Shown here piece by piece: positions 48,701 through 54,700 of a stretch of DNA of 64,000 nucleotides. Made by a program: the position numbers and the translations under genes. How positions within the stretch are numbered: position 1 is the stretch's first letter; every line of letters starts with the position of its first letter. The notes beneath the pieces are model-generated. The model had not been told where the DNA came from. It saw only the letters and a list, made by a program, of their open reading frames with translations, and searched no databases. The DNA is from Candidatus Thalassarchaeaceae archaeon (lineage in GTDB: Archaea > Thermoplasmatota > Poseidoniia > Poseidoniales > Thalassarchaeaceae), in the NCBI GenBank assembly GCA_030749075.1, contig JASMKR010000006.1:3029-67028 (forward strand). The letters are read 5' to 3'.

Positions 48701-51700
48701 TCGACACGGATGATGACGATGCGGAGGTTTCGACTGCCGATGAGGATGACGAAACGAAGTGGTCAGACGCGGAGGAGGCCGCCTGCGGCACGCTCTGGTG
48801 GAGCAGCCTCTCCGAGCCATCCGACTACGATGGGGACGGCATCTGCGACGTCATGGACGAGGATGTCGATGATAACGGATGGAACAATACCTATCAGATA
48901 GAGTGCTACGGCGGCGAGCCCAGCACCTGGTCGCACAGAGGGGTGTGGGACAGCTCTGGGAACTGGCCTACTTATGCTTACGACTCCCCTTCCTACGGCT
49001 ATGACTTTCACCTCTCTGACCACGGAATACGACTCTTCTCCACCTACAGTAACGACAACGCCTACTACGGCCTGCTCAAGCACGATGGCACCACATACGG
49101 CCCCACTTCAATATCCAGTTCCAATTACTACGACAATTTCGCAGTCACGGAGCAGAACGGCATAGCATACCTAACCAGTGAGCAGTACATCACCCGAGGC
49201 TTGGACACGGTTACTTATCTAACTCCAACCGCGACCATGACGGCTTCGACGTCCTCCTGGGGGGCCAGCACGGCTGTGAGCACTGAGGGCGACATGGTAG
49301 TGCGATACGACCAGAGTGGCCCGGACATCGAAGGCGGTTACCTGAACGGGACCACCTTCAGCTTCGCTGCCCCCGGAGGCCTCAGTGGGAGTGGGGGGGG
49401 GCAATTGGGATTCGGACCGAGTGGCAAGCTGCACCTGCTGCAAGTCAACCTGACGGCCACGACAGTCGGCTTCTACCACTGGACGACGGAGGTGGGCGGT
49501 GACCTATCTGGAGAAACGTCGGTCACCTGGAGTGCGCCCCAACTGGTGCTCGAGCGCAACCAGAGTACAAACGCATGGAGTTCGGGGGAGTATTCGGCTG
49601 CTTACGATCACATGGCCGACCTGCACGTCGCGGCTGACGGCACGGTGTACGCGGGCATGTACAACCAGACGAGCCTCTGGTTCGCCACCTACGATGGGGC
49701 GACCTGGAGCACCGAGGAATTAGCAGCGGGCACAGGGTACAATGAGGGGGTCGAGATACAGACTAACTCAACTGGAGTTCCATATGTGGCCTGGATAGAC
49801 CACACCTCGGACACGCTGAATCTCTCACGCAAGGAAGGAGGTTCCTGGACGACAGAGGAGGTGTGGCAGAGCAGCGGTTGGGACACCAGCTCAAGCTATC
49901 ACCAGTACGGTAAGCTCACCCTGCAGTTCGACCGACAGGACGATCCCTACCTGATGTCGATTGACGCCAACGACAGCGCCTCTGCTATCCTGCACCACAA
50001 GGGAGTGCTGCTCGACCCATCCTTCACCTTCGAGCCGACGGACTCCAACAGCGACGGGATCTGCGATACCCTGCAGTATGCGGTGATAGACTACGGGACG
50101 ACCTCCTTTGTACTCACGAGGGGGGAGGCGGTCACCCAGACGCCCTCCTTCTCAGGTCTGCCAGTGATCGAGGTCTGGACGGCCGCGCTTCCCGACGGCC
50201 TGTCCCTCGACAGCTCCACGGGAGTGATCTCGGGGACTCCGGAAAGCGTTGACACCGGAGGAACGATCTACACGGTGTACTCGAACAGCAGCGCTGCCTC
50301 CTACAATGTCACAATAACGATCTACGTGCGTTCACCAGCGCCTATACACGCCGGCTACGGGAGGGTGGATGATCACCAGTACCTAGCAGTCCTGAACGGT
50401 CAGGGCTACACCAAGCACGCCTACGACAACAACAACAACCTGTACTTCTACGGCAAATACTCCTCCAGCAGCGGATGGTTGGCTGATGGCATCAGCGACC
50501 CAGGGCTGGATGACTCCAACGACGCTTATCTGGCCAAGCGCTGGTCCAACGGCACGTGGGCTTGGGTCGTGCCACTGGACGCCAGCTCGTCCGTCAGCAT
50601 AGGCGAGCTCGTTGTGGATGACGCCGGCAACGCCTACGTAAACGGACACCGGACCGCCGGCATGGTCGACCTTCCCGGCTCGGTGCACGACCTTCCAAGC
50701 AGAGAGGCGGCCTTCGTCGTCTCGGTCGATACGAACGGCAGCGTCAGGTGGGCCGTGGACGCCTACATTTCCTCAGGCAGCACCAACGCGAACTGGTACG
50801 TCTGGTCAGGGTCCTCGATCAATTCCTACGGGTTCACGAGGATGCACGTCAACAGCTCCACTGGGATATTGACTTTCGCGGGTCAAGTATCGAGCTCATC
50901 GTCCGGAGACCGGACCCTTACCTTCGGCAGTTTGACACTGGAGATTCCGTCATCCAACTACAACTACTACAGGCCGTTCGTCGCGCGAATCAACTCCACG
51001 GGCGATTTCACTTGGGTTACAACCGTGACTCCCGATTCATCCCACCACAGGACCCTACAAGGCATGGCAGTGCACGACAACGGCTCGGTCGACGTCCTGA
51101 TGCGTACCTACGGCAGCACCACTCTGGGGGGCCACTCGGTCTCTTCCAGCACTTACCACTACGTGCTGGGCTCTCTCAACTCTTCGGGGATATGGACCGG
51201 GGCGGCAACGATAGTGGCCGAGGACCCGTCTAGCTTCGATGGCAGCTATGACTCGGCAATGATGGAGGGCACCTCTGGGGGCGCCTTGGTGATCGCTATG
51301 TGGATGACCGACGACGTTAGTCGCCTGAATGTCACCGGGACCGCGCACTGGTTCAACACCACGTGCTCGGGAGACAGCCTCGTGGTGCTCCGCCTGGACG
51401 GCGTCGACGGAGGAGTTGAGGCCTCTCGCGAGTACTGTCTGACTAACTACGGAGGATACTACGCAGAGTACTACAACCAGCTGATGGTCGACTCGCAGGA
51501 CAGGATCTGGTTGTTCCTCGGGCACCATTGGCAGTACATCGGAAACCACCATCGCATGTTGCGTCTGGACTCAGGCCTGAACCCCGACTTCGAGGAGTAT
51601 CTCGAGTATTCCGGCAATCCCGCCAACAGTTACCACTTGCAGTGGGAGGACATCGCCTTCGACTCCAATGACAACGTCCTAGCGAGCATCTACACCAGCC

Positions 51701-54700
51701 AATGGTATCTGTTCTGGGACGACACGCAAGTAGACCGTACGAGTAGCAACTGGAACTACCAGAACCTGTTCTTCATGGATACGGCGGGGCACGCCATAGA
51801 TGGAGCGAGTTTCATCTCCGAGGAAGCAGTTGTTCACGGGGTCGCAGGGCTGAGCGCGATGGGCGCGACGTGCAGCCTCGGATCGTCGTACTGCCTCGAG
51901 AACCTAGACAGCTGGGCTATCTCGCCCGACCTGCCCGACGGGCTGACTCTCGACGCGGCCACCGGAGTGATCTCGGGGACAGCAACGGGAAACATGACGC
52001 TGACGAACTTCACGATGTGGATGAACGACACCGCTCTCGGGGACCAGCAGTTCAACGTCTCTTTCACAATCCTCGACGGCAGGCCCACCGTGAGCTATGC
52101 CCAAACCGTCTACGTGCTTGAGCGTGGCACCCAGATTTCGCCAATCGTGCCTACCGAGATAGATGGCGTCATCGTCAACTGGACATTCGTCCCCGAACTG
52201 CCCCCCGGACTGAGCCTCGGTGCTAGCAACGGCACGATATACGGCACCCCTAGCGCCAACCTGACCGGGTCGACCTTCCAGTTGCGAGTCAGCAGCAACG
52301 GGGCTACTAGGGCGATCGACTTCAACTTCACAATCAACGAGGAGCTGGCCACGATCGCATACGGCAACGGCTCCTACATCCTACCTAGAGACGGGTTGGC
52401 GGACATCAGGCCCACCTTGGGAGGGGGGGTTGTGGCATCGTTCGCGATCAACTCGACCGATCTGCCCATGGGACTGAGCTTCAACACTAGCACCGGGAGG
52501 ATTCATGGAACCCCGCTGTTGATCACTGACAACACAACTTACACGGTTTGGGCCAACAATACTGGAGGTTCGGCGAGCACCACTGTCTCGCTGTGGGTGG
52601 TCGGCACCGGACTCACACTGAGCTTTCCCACGAGCGACCTCATCCTAGTGAATGGGACGGAGATGCAGGCATTTGCGGGCCAGACATCAGGATCCACCCC
52701 CAATTCGTGGGAAATCTCGCCCTCACTCCCGGAGGGGTTATCGTTCGGCAGCTCCAACGGGACTATCTGGGGCACCCCGACGGAGGTGATCGCCGCTACC
52801 AACTACACCGTTTGGGCTAATGCCAGTGGAGGGCAGACCAGCTATGCCACCGTGAGCATCACCGTGCTAGAGGACACGGATGGGGACGGGGTTCCTGACA
52901 CCACGGACCCAGACGATGACAACGACGATTGGGTCGACACGGATGAGTCCGCGTGCGGCACCGATTCGCTCGACGACTCCAGCACCCCAACCGACAGCGA
53001 CAACGATGGGACATGCGATGCGCTGGACGACTTCGACGACCTTGCGATAGCCTTGGCATACGAAGTCTCCACGCTGAACTTGACAGTCAACCTGAGCGTG
53101 GTATCTCTGACCCCCATAACCTCTGGAGGGGATATCATCAGCTGGGAGGTTGTTCCGAGCATGCCCCCCGGGCTTTCCCTGAACAATACAACCGGAGCGA
53201 TTTCGGGGACTCCCACAACCACATTCGCTACCACTGCCTTCACCATCTGGGCCAACAACACCGGTTACACCTCCTCGTTCTGGCTGAACATCTCCTCGTC
53301 CCTGCTCGACACCGACGGCGACGGGGAGCCCGACGAGACCGACGAGGACGACGACGGGGACGGTTGGACGGACGTCGACGAGGGCACGTGCGCCACCGAC
53401 CCGCTGAACGAAACCGACTACCCGGCCGACTCGGACGGGGACGGAGTGTGCGACCTGAACGACGGGATCGACGACTCCGAGATATTCCTAGCATACGCCG
53501 AATCGTCGCTGGCCCTGACGGTCAACATCACCAACGCATCCCTCTCGCCGATCCAGAACGGCGGGGACGTGCGGACCTGGGAGGTCTCCCCGGCGATGCC
53601 CTCCGGGCTCTCCTTCGACAACTCCACCGGCTCGATCACCGGGATCGCGACCGCCGAGTTCGTCCCGACCAACTTCACCGTCTGGGCCAACAACAGCCAG
53701 CACAGCGCCTCCTTCGCGATCGAGATGTGGGCCGAGCTGCTCGACACCGACGGCGACGGGGAGCCCGACGAGACCGACGAGGACGACGACGGGGACGGTT
53801 GGACGGACGTCGACGAGGAGGCGTGCCTTACTGGGGGGCTGGACCAGTTGGACTACCCGACCGACTCGGACGGGGACGGTGTTTGCGACAATGTCGACGA
53901 TGTCGACGACTCGCCCGTCTTCCTCGTCTACAGCAGCACATCGCAGCTCCTCTTCGTAAACGAGCCTATTACTCCCATTGTGGCCAATACATTCGGCGGC
54001 GACGTGCGAACTTGGGAAATCTGGCCATTTCTGCCTCCGGGGCTGGCGCTCAATGGAGAGACCGCACGAAGCACGACATCGGACGGGACAATATCGGGTT
54101 CGCCGATGGTGGTTTTCGACATGCAGGTCTTCACGGTGTGGGCCAACAACTCGCAGCACTCCAGCGCAGTGGAGATTACGCTTCAGTCAGTGGTGCCAGA
54201 CCCGGACGACAGTGACTTCGAAATGATTTACCTCGTCGAGTTCCTGAACCTCACTACAGACCTCGACGAGACCTATCTCGAACCAGAAATCTTCGGAGGC
54301 AATGTTTCCTCATGGTCGATTTCCCCTCAACTGCCCGAGGGATTGTATTTCAACACCACGAACGGGCTGATTACTGGAGTCGCCACCGTAGAGCTGAATG
54401 CCACCACATTCACAGTTTCAGCCAGCAACTCTCTATTCCTACACACGCATGATATCACAATTTCAGCAAGGCTGCTCGATACAGATGGGGATGGGATTCC
54501 CGACGTCACCGACGAGGACGATGACGGGGACGGTTGGAGTGATGAAGCAGAGGGGGACTGTGAGACAGATCCGCTGGATATCGTCTCCAAGCCCGATGAT
54601 TACGACGGGGACGGGATCTGCAACCTCGCCGACGAATTCGACGACTCACCCATCGTATTCTTCTACGCGAGCGACCGCTTGGAGCTTACAGTCGGGTTGG

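Noticed and set aside
52953-54215. 420-aa alternative-frame ORF inside the giant gene
   Set aside because: Low-complexity Arg-rich product expected from the local GC3 bias.
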